This document shows positions 39,616-48,065 of a stretch of 64,000 bases of DNA, piece after piece (positions within the stretch are counted from its first letter, which is position 1; every line of letters starts with the position of its first letter). The DNA comes from an uncultured Actinomycetota bacterium (GTDB taxonomy: Bacteria; Actinomycetota; UBA4738), in the NCBI GenBank assembly GCA_963781595.1, contig CAWAGG010000006.1, forward strand, positions 666,107-730,106. Direction: 5' to 3'. A model generated the notes under the pieces. The model searched no databases, was not told the origin of the DNA, and saw only the letters and a list, made by a program, of their open reading frames with translations. Position numbers and translations under genes: made by a program.

Positions 39616-40227
39616 TCAGCCGTTCCGTATCGGGAGCGAGGGAGGCGCGCGCGTGAGGCGGGCGGAGCCGGCGACGTCGAACGCCACGGTCGGTGCCGCC
39701 GGCAACACGAACCGGACGCGCGCCCGGCGCGCGCGCGGCGGCTCGGCCAGCGCCCGCCCGATCGCCTCGGCCGTGCGACCGAGCCACGTCAGGACGAGCG
39801 CCAGGCCGGCGGCCACGAGCACCTGCACTGCGAGCCCGAGCGCGACGAACCCGTCGTGCCCCAACCCGCCGAGCGGGGCTCCGGCGTGGAGGCGTTCCAC
39901 GACCTCCTGCACCGCGAACGCCGACGCCTGGAGCGCGGCCAACCGCAGCGCCGTCGTCCGGTAGCGCTCCCATCCCGTCGAGGGGAAGACCTCGCGTCGC
40001 GTCCCGCGGCCCAGGTGACGGACGACGGTCCCCGCCGCCGCGGCCGCCCCGAACACGAACGCGAGCGCCACCGCCGTCGGCCAGTAGCCGTGTCCCGTCT
40101 GCGCGAGGAGCGCCTCCCGTGGGCCGGCGCCGGGGACGGCGACGACGTACGCGATCCAGTGGCCGACGACCACGCCCGCGATCGCGGCGAACGCGGTCAG
40201 CGGCACCCGAGATGGAGCGCGAAGCAT
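39616..40227 (-). CDS. Four-TM membrane protein, function unknown (first gene of the copper cluster)
   Basis: Hydrophobic helices. Several His residues (GHWIAY, TGHGYW, LHAGAPLGGLGH). Confidence 0.55.
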   Translation of the reverse strand: MLRAPSRVPLTAFAAIAGVVVGHWIAYVVAVPGAGPREALLAQTGHGYWPTAVALAFVFGAAAAAGTVVRHLGRGTRREVFPSTGWERYRTTALRLAALQASAFAVQEVVERLHAGAPLGGLGHDGFVALGLAVQVLVAAGLALVLTWLGRTAEAIGRALAEPPRARRARVRFVLPAAPTVAFDVAGSARLTRAPPSLPIRNG

Positions 40228-40313
40228 CGCCCAAGGATACGCCCGACCTCCGGCTGCGGAAGGACGGATCGCCGTCGTTGACAGGTGCGTTCCGCGGGCG
40301 TACGAACCCTCGC

Positions 40314-41570
40314 ATGAGCTACGAACTCGATCGCCTCGTGGAGGCGACGCCGGAGACGCGCGACCGGTTCATGGACTTCCTGCGAGCCGCGAGCATCGTC
40401 GCGGTGGTGTTCGGGCACTGGTTCATCGGCATCATCTGGTGGCAGGACGGCCTGATCCGGAACACCAGCGCGGTGGGCGTCACGTCGGGGCTGTGGCTCG
40501 CCACCTGGTTCTTCCAGGTCATGCCGATCTTCTTCTTCGTCGGCGGCTTCTCGAACATGGTCGCCTACGACGCGACGAAGCGCCGCGGCGATCCCACGTG
40601 GTCGTTCGTGCGGTCGCGGCTGTGGCGTCTGTTGCGCCCGTCGCTGGTGTTCGTCGGTGTCTGGTCGGTCGTGATGATCGTGCTGCACCTGGCCGACATC
40701 GGGGCGCCGGCCGGCCTGCGGCTCTGGGGCGAGACCCGGATGCTCCGCGGGGTTCGGCCGCCTGGGGCGACGATCCCGTTCGGGCCGCTGTGGTTCCTCG
40801 GCGTCTACCTCATCGTGGTCTCGATCTCTCCCGCGACGATCTGGCTCCATCGCCGGTTCCGCCTGTGGGTCCCGGCCGCGATGATCTTCGGCACGTTCGT
40901 CGCTGACTACGTCGGGTTCGTCCTCGGGCACCCGGGCTTCCGGTGGTTCAACGTGGCGTTCGTGCTGCTGTTCCCCCACCAGATCGGGCACTTCTACGCG
41001 GACGGCAGCCTCGTCCGGGCGTCGAAGCGCGTCTACGCGTCGATGGCGGCCGTCGGGCTGGCGGCGCTGATCTTGCTGACGGACCCGTGGCTCTTCCGGC
41101 CGTTCGGCGGTCGCTTCCGCTGGTTCCCGGGGATCGGGAACTACCCGAAGAGCCTGCTGGGCACCGACGTCGAGAGGATCTCGAACGCCTACCCGCCGAC
41201 GCTGTGCTTCCTGTTCGCCGGCATCTGGGCGATCGGCGCCGTGATGCTACTCCGGCCGGTCCTGTCCAGGTGGCTGTGCCGACGCGGGCCGTGGATGGTC
41301 ACGATCTACGTGAACAGCATCATCATGACGCTGTTCCTCTGGCACATGACCGCGTACCTGCTGGCGATCCTCGTGCTCTGGCCCCTCGGGCTCGGCCACC
41401 AGCACGACAGCACCGCGATCTGGTGGCTCGAACGGCCCGTCTGGATCCTGGTGCCCGGGGCGATCCTCGCCGGGCTGGTGGCGATCTTCGGACGATTCGA
41501 GCGGCCGTCGACGAGCCGTGTGCCGCCGCCCGCTCAGGCCCCGCTGAAGTCAGATAGTAAGGTAGACTGA
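40314..41570 (+). CDS. Acyltransferase family 3 membrane protein
   Basis: ATG at 40314, in frame with the track ORF. Contains FMDFLRAASIVAVVFGHW and PIFFFVGGFS. About 10 TM helices. Confidence 0.8.
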   Translation: MSYELDRLVEATPETRDRFMDFLRAASIVAVVFGHWFIGIIWWQDGLIRNTSAVGVTSGLWLATWFFQVMPIFFFVGGFSNMVAYDATKRRGDPTWSFVRSRLWRLLRPSLVFVGVWSVVMIVLHLADIGAPAGLRLWGETRMLRGVRPPGATIPFGPLWFLGVYLIVVSISPATIWLHRRFRLWVPAAMIFGTFVADYVGFVLGHPGFRWFNVAFVLLFPHQIGHFYADGSLVRASKRVYASMAAVGLAALILLTDPWLFRPFGGRFRWFPGIGNYPKSLLGTDVERISNAYPPTLCFLFAGIWAIGAVMLLRPVLSRWLCRRGPWMVTIYVNSIIMTLFLWHMTAYLLAILVLWPLGLGHQHDSTAIWWLERPVWILVPGAILAGLVAIFGRFERPSTSRVPPPAQAPLKSDSKVD

Positions 41571-41588
41571 CGAACCGAGCGCGAAACC

Positions 41589-42347
41589 CTACCTCGATCG
41601 ACCCCAGGTGATGTGCGCGTGCTCGCGCCACTCGCGAAGGACGGTGTCGTCACCGTCGACGTCGAGACCTCCGGGGAGCCGGCGGTTCCACATCAGGAGA
41701 TAGAGGTCGGAGGTCGAACCGACGACCGAGCAGTCGGCGTCGCCGCGCTCCCTGCGGGTCTCGACGCCTTCGGGGCCGATCCGGAGCAGCCATCCGGCAT
41801 CGGCGCCGTCGTTCGGGCGGAGAGACAGTGTCCGTGTCGGGATATCGCGGGGCTCCCGAGGCGGTCGGCCGAACAACCCGAACAGAAGCTCGTCGAGGCC
41901 GTCCGCAGCGAACGGCGGGTCGAACGGCGTCGCGGGTCCCTTCGGGCTTTCGGCATCCGCGCGGTGGATCGCGGTCTCGTGCGCCTGGCGCCGCGCCCAG
42001 AAGGCCAGCGGCGACGGAGCCGGGAGGAACGACCAGCACTCGACGTCGGCCGGTGCCGACCGGAGCGTCTCGACGAGGTGCGCGTGGCCGTCGCGGTACC
42101 ACCCCAGGAGGTCGTCGTCCTCGGGCAGCGGGCCGGCGACGCCCGCGACCTCGCGGATCGGTTCGGTCCGACGTTCGGCGACGTGGGCCGCCGCCCACCG
42201 ATGGACGTCGCCGACGTGGCGAACGAGGTCGCGCATCGTCCAGTCCGGACAGGTCGGGATCGGTTCTCCGAGGGCGGTTCGCTCCGCGGTGTCGCCGAGC
42301 AGCGTGCCCTGCCGCTCGAGGGCGGCGATGTGTTCGGCGATCTCCAC
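41589..42347 (-). CDS. Mycothiol-dependent maleylpyruvate-isomerase-type (MDMPI/DinB-like, TIGR03083) protein
   Basis: Contains CPDWTMRDLVRHVGDVHRWAAAHV and a C-terminal wHTH-like part. GTG start at 42347. Confidence 0.75.
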   Translation of the reverse strand: MEIAEHIAALERQGTLLGDTAERTALGEPIPTCPDWTMRDLVRHVGDVHRWAAAHVAERRTEPIREVAGVAGPLPEDDDLLGWYRDGHAHLVETLRSAPADVECWSFLPAPSPLAFWARRQAHETAIHRADAESPKGPATPFDPPFAADGLDELLFGLFGRPPREPRDIPTRTLSLRPNDGADAGWLLRIGPEGVETRRERGDADCSVVGSTSDLYLLMWNRRLPGGLDVDGDDTVLREWREHAHITWGRSR

Positions 42348-42466
42348 GAATGGCGAGTCTATCCAGGGCGGCGTACGCGACGGCCCGAGCGTGACTACGG
42401 AAGCGGGCGCGCGGATGCCGATAGAGAGGTCACCGGTGGACGGTCCACGGGTGAGGAGGAGGAACC

Positions 42467-43486
42467 GTGCGGAGGCGCCTGATCGTCGCGTTGGGATCCG
42501 TGGCCGTGCTCGCCTCGTTCGCGGCGGCGCAGCCATCGTCGGCGGGCCCTCGGGCGATGTCCGCGGCGGCGCCCGGCCCGTGCGCGTCGCTGCAGCGCGT
42601 GGCCGGTTCGTCCCAGGTGCTCTGCACGCACGGTGGCGACCCCGTGTTCCCGTTCCTCGGCATGGCGGCGCGCCTCGCGGGGCACCGGCCCGCGGCGACC
42701 TCGGCCGTCCCGTGCGCGACCGGTAACGACGTGATCCGCGTGTTCTACGGGTGGCCGAAGGGAACGACGTCGCACTTCAAGACCGCCAAGCCGTTGATCG
42801 TCCAGGCCGTCGAGCAGGACGACGCCAACCTCGGCGCGTCCGGCGCGGCCGGCTACCACTACCGCTGGTACTGCGTGGGATCGCACCCGAAGATCAAGAT
42901 CACGAAGGTCAAGCTGGTCGCGATCGGTTCGGACAAGTCGTTCACCTACAACGACTACGTGAACTCGATGCAGAACCAGATCTCGCTGGGCCTGGGCAAG
43001 ACGAACTACGACCTGGGGACGTTCGACTACGCGACGTTCATCGACAACATCCAGGGCGTGTACCCGTACGGCGGCCAGGGTTCGATCTACGGCGACGACC
43101 GGCCGGACCCGAACCAGAACCTGAACAACGCGTCCACCGGGGTTCACAAGTACGCGATGATCAACTTCGTCCCGGCGTGGGGCGTGAGTTCCCTCGCGCT
43201 CATCCTCGGCCACGAGACGGGCCACAACCTCGGGAACGTTCAGCTCTCGGCGCCGCATTCGAGCGGCGGATACCACTGCTACGACGAGTACGACCTGATG
43301 TGCTACAACGACGGCGGTTCCTACTTCCAGAACGGCGGCTCGCTCCAATACCTCTGCGCGGACCCGCTGGGGACGGGCGCCGAGTCGGACTGCGGACACG
43401 ACGATTACTTCAACGCCAGCCCGCCGGGTGGTTCCTACCTCGCGACGCACTGGAACCAAGCGAACAGCTCCTGGGTCACGCACTGA
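42467..43486 (+). CDS. Secreted zincin metallopeptidase (HExxH)
   Basis: Signal peptide MRRRLIVALGSVAVLASFAAA. Active-site block ILGHETGHNLG. Cys-rich. Asn/Lys/Tyr-rich composition, atypical for this window. Confidence 0.7.
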   Translation: MRRRLIVALGSVAVLASFAAAQPSSAGPRAMSAAAPGPCASLQRVAGSSQVLCTHGGDPVFPFLGMAARLAGHRPAATSAVPCATGNDVIRVFYGWPKGTTSHFKTAKPLIVQAVEQDDANLGASGAAGYHYRWYCVGSHPKIKITKVKLVAIGSDKSFTYNDYVNSMQNQISLGLGKTNYDLGTFDYATFIDNIQGVYPYGGQGSIYGDDRPDPNQNLNNASTGVHKYAMINFVPAWGVSSLALILGHETGHNLGNVQLSAPHSSGGYHCYDEYDLMCYNDGGSYFQNGGSLQYLCADPLGTGAESDCGHDDYFNASPPGGSYLATHWNQANSSWVTH

Positions 43487-43590
43487 GGTCACCGGCCGGG
43501 GTGCAGCCGACCGAGCCGGTTTCCTGCACTCCGCCCGTTCGGGGTAGGGTGGAGCGCAGCGGCTCGGTGACGACAGGAGGTGGCTCGGGA

Positions 43591-43785
43591 ATGAAGAAGT
43601 TGCTCCTGATCATCGGTTTGATCGCGGCGGTCGGTGCGATCCTCATGGTGCTGCGCAACCGCGGATCGGACATCTCGGTCTCGGACTGGGACGACGTGCA
43701 GGGCGTCGCCTCGGATGTGTCCGCGTCGGCGAAGGACGCCGTGTCGGATGCCGCCGAGGCCGCGAAGGACGCGACGAACGCCTGA
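43591..43785 (+). CDS. Small (64 aa) membrane-anchored protein
   Basis: SD AGGAGG at 43575-43580. Product begins MKKLLLIIGLIAAVGAILMVL, then an acidic Ala/Ser/Asp tail. Confidence 0.55.
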   Translation: MKKLLLIIGLIAAVGAILMVLRNRGSDISVSDWDDVQGVASDVSASAKDAVSDAAEAAKDATNA

Positions 43786-43917
43786 GGTCGACGGACCGCG
43801 CGGCCCGTTCCGGTCGGGTTCCGCGCGCGAGGACGAACGGCATGTTACGGCCGCCGGCTCGGCATCGAGGAGCCGGCGGCCGCGCCATCTCCCGACGACC
43901 CGGTCCTGGCGCTCGGC

Positions 43918-45337
43918 CTACCGGAGGATCGAGCGGAGCACCCGCCGGCGGACGTACGTGTACGGCGGGTACTGCAGCGGCACCTCGGGCCTCGTCGGCT
44001 TCCACAGGACCGCCCGCCGGTGGCTGAACGTCTCGAAGCCGTGCCGGCCGTGGTACGCGCCCATGCCGCTGTGGCCGATCCCACCGAAGGGCAGGCCGGG
44101 CACGGCCAGGTGCACGACGCAGGTGTTCACGCAGGCCCCGCCCGACCGGGTGGAGCCGATGACGCGGTCCGCCGTCGCCTCTGAACGCGTGAACACGTAG
44201 AGCGCCAACGGTTCCGGGCCCGGCCCGTACCGTGGCGATCGCCTCGGCGATCTCGTCGAACGCGATCACCGGCAGGATCGGTCCGAAGATCTCCTCGCCC
44301 ATCAGCGGCGCATCCGGCCGCACGCCGCGCACGATGGTCGGCGCGATGTACCGTTCGGCCTCGTCCCGCTGGCCGCCGAGCACGAGCTCTTCGTAACCGC
44401 CGCCGTCGATGAGTGCGGCCAGACGGCGGAAGTGGTTCGCGTTCACGATCCTCGCGTAGTCTGCGCTGTGCCTCGGATCGGGCCCGTAGAAGCCCCCGAC
44501 CTCGGCGACGAGGAGCTCCAGCAGGCGCGCTTCCACGCGACGGTCGACGAACACGTGGTCGGGCGCGACGCACGTCTGGCCGGCGTTGATGAATTTCCCG
44601 TACGCGATGCGGCGGGCGACGACCGGGAGGTCCGCGTCAGCGGCGACGATGGCCGGGGACTTCCCGCCCAGCTCGAGCGTTACCGGGGTCAGGTGCGTCG
44701 ACGCGGCCTCCATGACGATCCGCCCGACGCGCGCGTTCCCCGTGTAGAAGATGTGGTCGAACCGCTCGGCGAGGAGCGCCTGGGTCTCCTCGACGCCTCC
44801 CTCGACGATCGCGACCCCGTCCGGGTCCAAGTAGCGCCGGACCAGCCCGGCGAGGGCCTCCGATGTCGCGGGCGCGAGCTCGGAGGGCTTGCCCACCACC
44901 GCATCACCGGCGGCGATCGCGGCCGCCATCGGGGCGAAAAGGAGCTGGACCGGGTAGTTCCACGGCGCGATCACGAGCGCCACGCCGACCGGCTCCCGGA
45001 CGATCCGCGCGCGGGCCGGTTGCAGCACCCAGCGAACCCGGACGCGTTCCGGGCGCATCCACGCGTCGATGTTGCGGAGCAACCCGTCGATCTCGCCGAG
45101 GACGAACGAGATCTCGCTGACCCAGGTCTCGATCGGCGGCCGGCCCAGGTCCTCGCGGAGGGCCGCCTCCAGCGGGCGCGCTCCGTCGCGGAGGAGCCGT
45201 TGCATCGCGCGGAGCTGCGTCCGGCGCCACGCCAGCGGACGCGTGCGCCCGGCCTCGAACCCGCGGCGGAGCCGGCCGACGACTTCCGAGGCCGTCCGGC
45301 CGGGCGTGGCATCCACGGCATCCATCAGGAGGGTCAT
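43918..45337 (-). CDS. Class-3-like NAD(P)+ aldehyde dehydrogenase, frame broken once as sequenced
   Basis: Motifs VIAPWNYP, ELGGKSP and GQTCVAPD, up to ..IATVRAGP, are in one frame. EPLALYVFTRSE...FGGIGHSGMGAYHG is in another (switch at 44211-44223, context gggcccgg). Length mod 3 = 1. Confidence 0.7.
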
Positions 45338-45543
45338 GATCGACGGTCCTCACGCTACGTGCCGCGCATGAAGCGGTCGCGGGCCACCCGGCCCTGCGTT
45401 CGCCCGTCCAAACGTCCGGCCGTAACCGTCGAACGGTCGCCGGGTCGAAGGCCTCGCACCGAAGCTATCGTCTCCGATGAGCGGCCGCGCTATCCGAGAG
45501 CGTGCCGGATCTCCGCGGAACGGGATCACGGAAGGAGCGAGCG

Positions 45544-46140
45544 ATGACGGTGGACTCCGGCGACCCGGTCGACGACCTGTCCCGCGCGATCGACCAGACG
45601 GGCGCGGTGATCGCGGCCACCCGGCCCGATCAGGCGACGCTGCCGACGCCATGCCGTTCGTGGGACGTCCGTACGCTCGTCGGCCACGTCGTGCGCGACG
45701 TCGAACAGTTCACGGCGACCGCCAGCGGCGAGGCGTGGATGCCGAACGACGACGACGACGCGATCGGCGACGACTGGTCGAGCGCCTACCGGAGCGCGGG
45801 GGACGCGCTCCTTGCCGCGTGGCGACGCGCGGGCGTCGTCGGCAGGACGATCGAGCGTCCGTTCGGCACGCTCCCGGCGACGTGGTTCGTGGGCCAGCAG
45901 ATCGCGGACCTGGTCGTGCACGCATGGGACATCGCGATGGCGACCGCGCAGCCCACGGAGTTCGACCAGGACCTGGGGGAGCGATCGCTCGAGTGGGCGA
46001 CGCAGAACCTCCGCCCCGAGTACCGCGGCGACGAGGCGAGCGGGCGGGCCTTCGGACCCGAGGTTCCGGTGCCCGAGGATGCGGGCGCGCACGACCGGCT
46101 CGTGGGGTTCTTCGGCCGCGATCCAGGGTGGGCTCCCTGA
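45544..46140 (+). CDS. TIGR03086-type mycothiol-dependent/DinB-like protein
   Basis: SD GGAAGGAG upstream. Contains PTPCRSWDVRTLVGHV and VHAWDIA. Confidence 0.75.
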   Translation: MTVDSGDPVDDLSRAIDQTGAVIAATRPDQATLPTPCRSWDVRTLVGHVVRDVEQFTATASGEAWMPNDDDDAIGDDWSSAYRSAGDALLAAWRRAGVVGRTIERPFGTLPATWFVGQQIADLVVHAWDIAMATAQPTEFDQDLGERSLEWATQNLRPEYRGDEASGRAFGPEVPVPEDAGAHDRLVGFFGRDPGWAP

Positions 46141-46159
46141 GCGCCGCGACCGCGATGCG

Positions 46160-46816
46160 TCAGGCCGCTTGCCGCTGCCGACCGCGACCCGTGCGCTCGG
46201 CCCGTTCCTTCAGCCCGAGCAGCTCCCTGCGCATCATCGGGAAGTCGCCGAACTCGAACAGGATCAAGGACACGAGCGCCATCGCCGGAGAGCGCCAGTC
46301 GTACCGATCCTTCAGGCGCACGACCAGGCACGTTCGGCGCCCGTCGTCGAGCGGGGTGAGCCGCCAGACCCAGATGCTGTGTGGCTTCGTCCACAGCAGC
46401 GACGCGTTCGGTTCGAACGCCGTCACCCGGAAGGCGGTCGTCTCGTTGACGGTTCCCGACATCGGCACCCAGTCGCCGACGTGCGGATCCTGGTACTCGG
46501 GCAGGATCTCCGTCGCACTCGGCCGGGCGCCGTTGTCGAACAGGTCGTAGCTGTAGAAGCCCGCCTTCCCGGTGCCGATCTGGACCAGCCACGGCCATAC
46601 CGCCTCCGGCGGAGCATCGATCGTGATCGCGCTCGTCGCGCAGAACGACGGGTTCGGCACCATCTCGTCGCCCGGCATCGAGCCGGTCACCTCGTCGTCG
46701 GTCGCACCCCACCGCAGGTGTCGACGGCGCCGGAGGGGCGCCGTCGCGAACGACGGGAGCGCGACGAGCGCGTCTCGGACGCTGCCTGCCAGGTCTCGCT
46801 GCACGTCGTGACCCAT
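46160..46816 (-). CDS. SRPBCC (START/Bet v1-like) superfamily protein
   Basis: ATG at 46816 after GGGAGGG. Contains IDAPPEAVWPWLVQIG..KAGFYSYD. Confidence 0.65.
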   Translation of the reverse strand: MGHDVQRDLAGSVRDALVALPSFATAPLRRRRHLRWGATDDEVTGSMPGDEMVPNPSFCATSAITIDAPPEAVWPWLVQIGTGKAGFYSYDLFDNGARPSATEILPEYQDPHVGDWVPMSGTVNETTAFRVTAFEPNASLLWTKPHSIWVWRLTPLDDGRRTCLVVRLKDRYDWRSPAMALVSLILFEFGDFPMMRRELLGLKERAERTGRGRQRQAA

Positions 46817-46985
46817 CTCAGGCCCTCCCTCGTCTCGGACCGTCCCTCCGCACCGAGACTCCGTCTCGCGAGCGGACGCGTGTCGAGGCGATAGTCCTGA
46901 CCCGATCCGGCCGAACGACCGGTTCGTCAGCCATGGCGTTGCGCGAGCCGATCGAGCATCTGCTCGCCGCATGAGTGGGCGGCTC

Positions 46986-47306
46986 TCACTCGGAGACGTC
47001 GAGGTCGACGCGGAACCGGTCGATCACGGATGATTCGTCCCAGGCTTGCCGATGGTCGATCGCCAGGCGCCGCCGGCCGCCGGCCGAGACCCGGAATCGG
47101 AAACTGCGCATCCCTCCGCTGCCAACCTGCGGATGAGGAGCGAGCTCGAACGAGTCCGCCTCGGGCTGGAGCGCGTCGTCGGCTCGCTCGACCTGCCATC
47201 GGTAGCCGGTGGTCGGGTTCTCGCGCAGTCGAACGACGACCTCATCGCCCACATGGACCGCGACCGCCTTCCCGTTGTCCGCTTCGGTGAGCGTCACGGT
47301 CGCCAT
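46986..47306 (-). CDS. Chagasin/ICP family (I42) cysteine-peptidase inhibitor, no signal peptide
   Basis: 106 aa. Contains VAVHVGDEVVVRLRENPTTGYRWQ (the NPTTGY loop) and later FRFRV. Confidence 0.8.
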   Translation of the reverse strand: MATVTLTEADNGKAVAVHVGDEVVVRLRENPTTGYRWQVERADDALQPEADSFELAPHPQVGSGGMRSFRFRVSAGGRRRLAIDHRQAWDESSVIDRFRVDLDVSE

Positions 47307-47329
47307 CGTCGAAGAGCCGGCCCGGCGCC

Positions 47330-47728
47330 CTACGTCTTCCTCGTCCGTGATCGCCTGGCGGGTGCGGATGCTCCGGCGACGTCATCCGGCGCCGGCGGTT
47401 CGGCCGCCCCGCCGAGGGCGGTTCCCAGCTCCTCGAGCGACATCGGAGCCGGTGGGCCGCTCGCGCCCTCGAGACCAGCCAGGTCCTCCGGCGCCGGCGC
47501 GCCGCCGAACCCCGGTGCCCCGAGGCTCTCGATCGGCATCGGTCCGGCCGCGCCGCCCATGGCGGCCGCCGATCCCAGGTCACCGGGCGCCGGGCCACCT
47601 GCGCCGACCGCGCCCGAGGGCGATCCCAGCTGGTCGAGCGGCAGAGGGGCCGGCGATGTCGTCGAGACCTGCGATGCGGCCGCCGCGTCGGACGGCAGCG
47701 AGATGTGGATGGTGACGTCAGATCCCAC
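47330..47728 (-). CDS. Pro/Gly/Ala-rich repeat protein (six P-x-P-acidic-Leu-Gly units)
   Basis: GTG at 47728. Repeat units are PLPLDQLG, PAPGDLG, PMPIESLG, PAPEDLAG, PAPMSLEELG and PAPDDVAG. About four fifths of third codon positions are G/C by eye. Competing + strand ORFs exist. Confidence 0.45.
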   Translation of the reverse strand: MGSDVTIHISLPSDAAAASQVSTTSPAPLPLDQLGSPSGAVGAGGPAPGDLGSAAAMGGAAGPMPIESLGAPGFGGAPAPEDLAGLEGASGPPAPMSLEELGTALGGAAEPPAPDDVAGASAPARRSRTRKT

Positions 47729-47820
47729 GGGCTACCTCTCCTCCCTCGGGTAGGCGCCGAACCAGGCTACGGGTTCGGCGACGTGCCCTCCATCGGTCTG
47801 GTGTCGGAGCGCTGAGCCTT

Positions 47821-48033
47821 CTACATGTAGGCCGCCGTGATGTTCTTGCTCGCATCCTGCACGATGTAGACCGACTTGCCTGTGGCTTTCGCCGCACACA
47901 GGAGCACGAACACGTTCGTGACGCCGTCGGCCGCGCCGGTGAGGATCTTGTGCCATGCGCTGTCAGACGCCAAGTGAGCCCAGCAGTTCTGCGAGTCCCT
48001 GCTCGCGTACACCTGATTGATCGTCGTCCACAC
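47821..48033 (-). CDS. 70-aa protein homologous to the C-terminal extension of the adjacent C1 protease
   Basis: AGGAGG lies about 10 nt upstream of the GTG. It aligns with protease residues ~300-367 (YASRDSQNCWAH..DGVTNVF..AKATGKSVYIV vs YATRDAQNAWAY..DGVTNML..AKANGRPVTIY). Confidence 0.65.
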   Translation of the reverse strand: MWTTINQVYASRDSQNCWAHLASDSAWHKILTGAADGVTNVFVLLCAAKATGKSVYIVQDASKNITAAYM

Positions 48034-48065
48034 CGTTCACACACCTCCTGAACCGTTCGTCTCGT

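Noticed and set aside
39693-41570. 625-aa reading of the acyltransferase ORF
   Set aside because: The first 207 codons are Arg/Pro-rich and antisense to the 4-TM gene. The conserved protein begins at the ATG at 40314.
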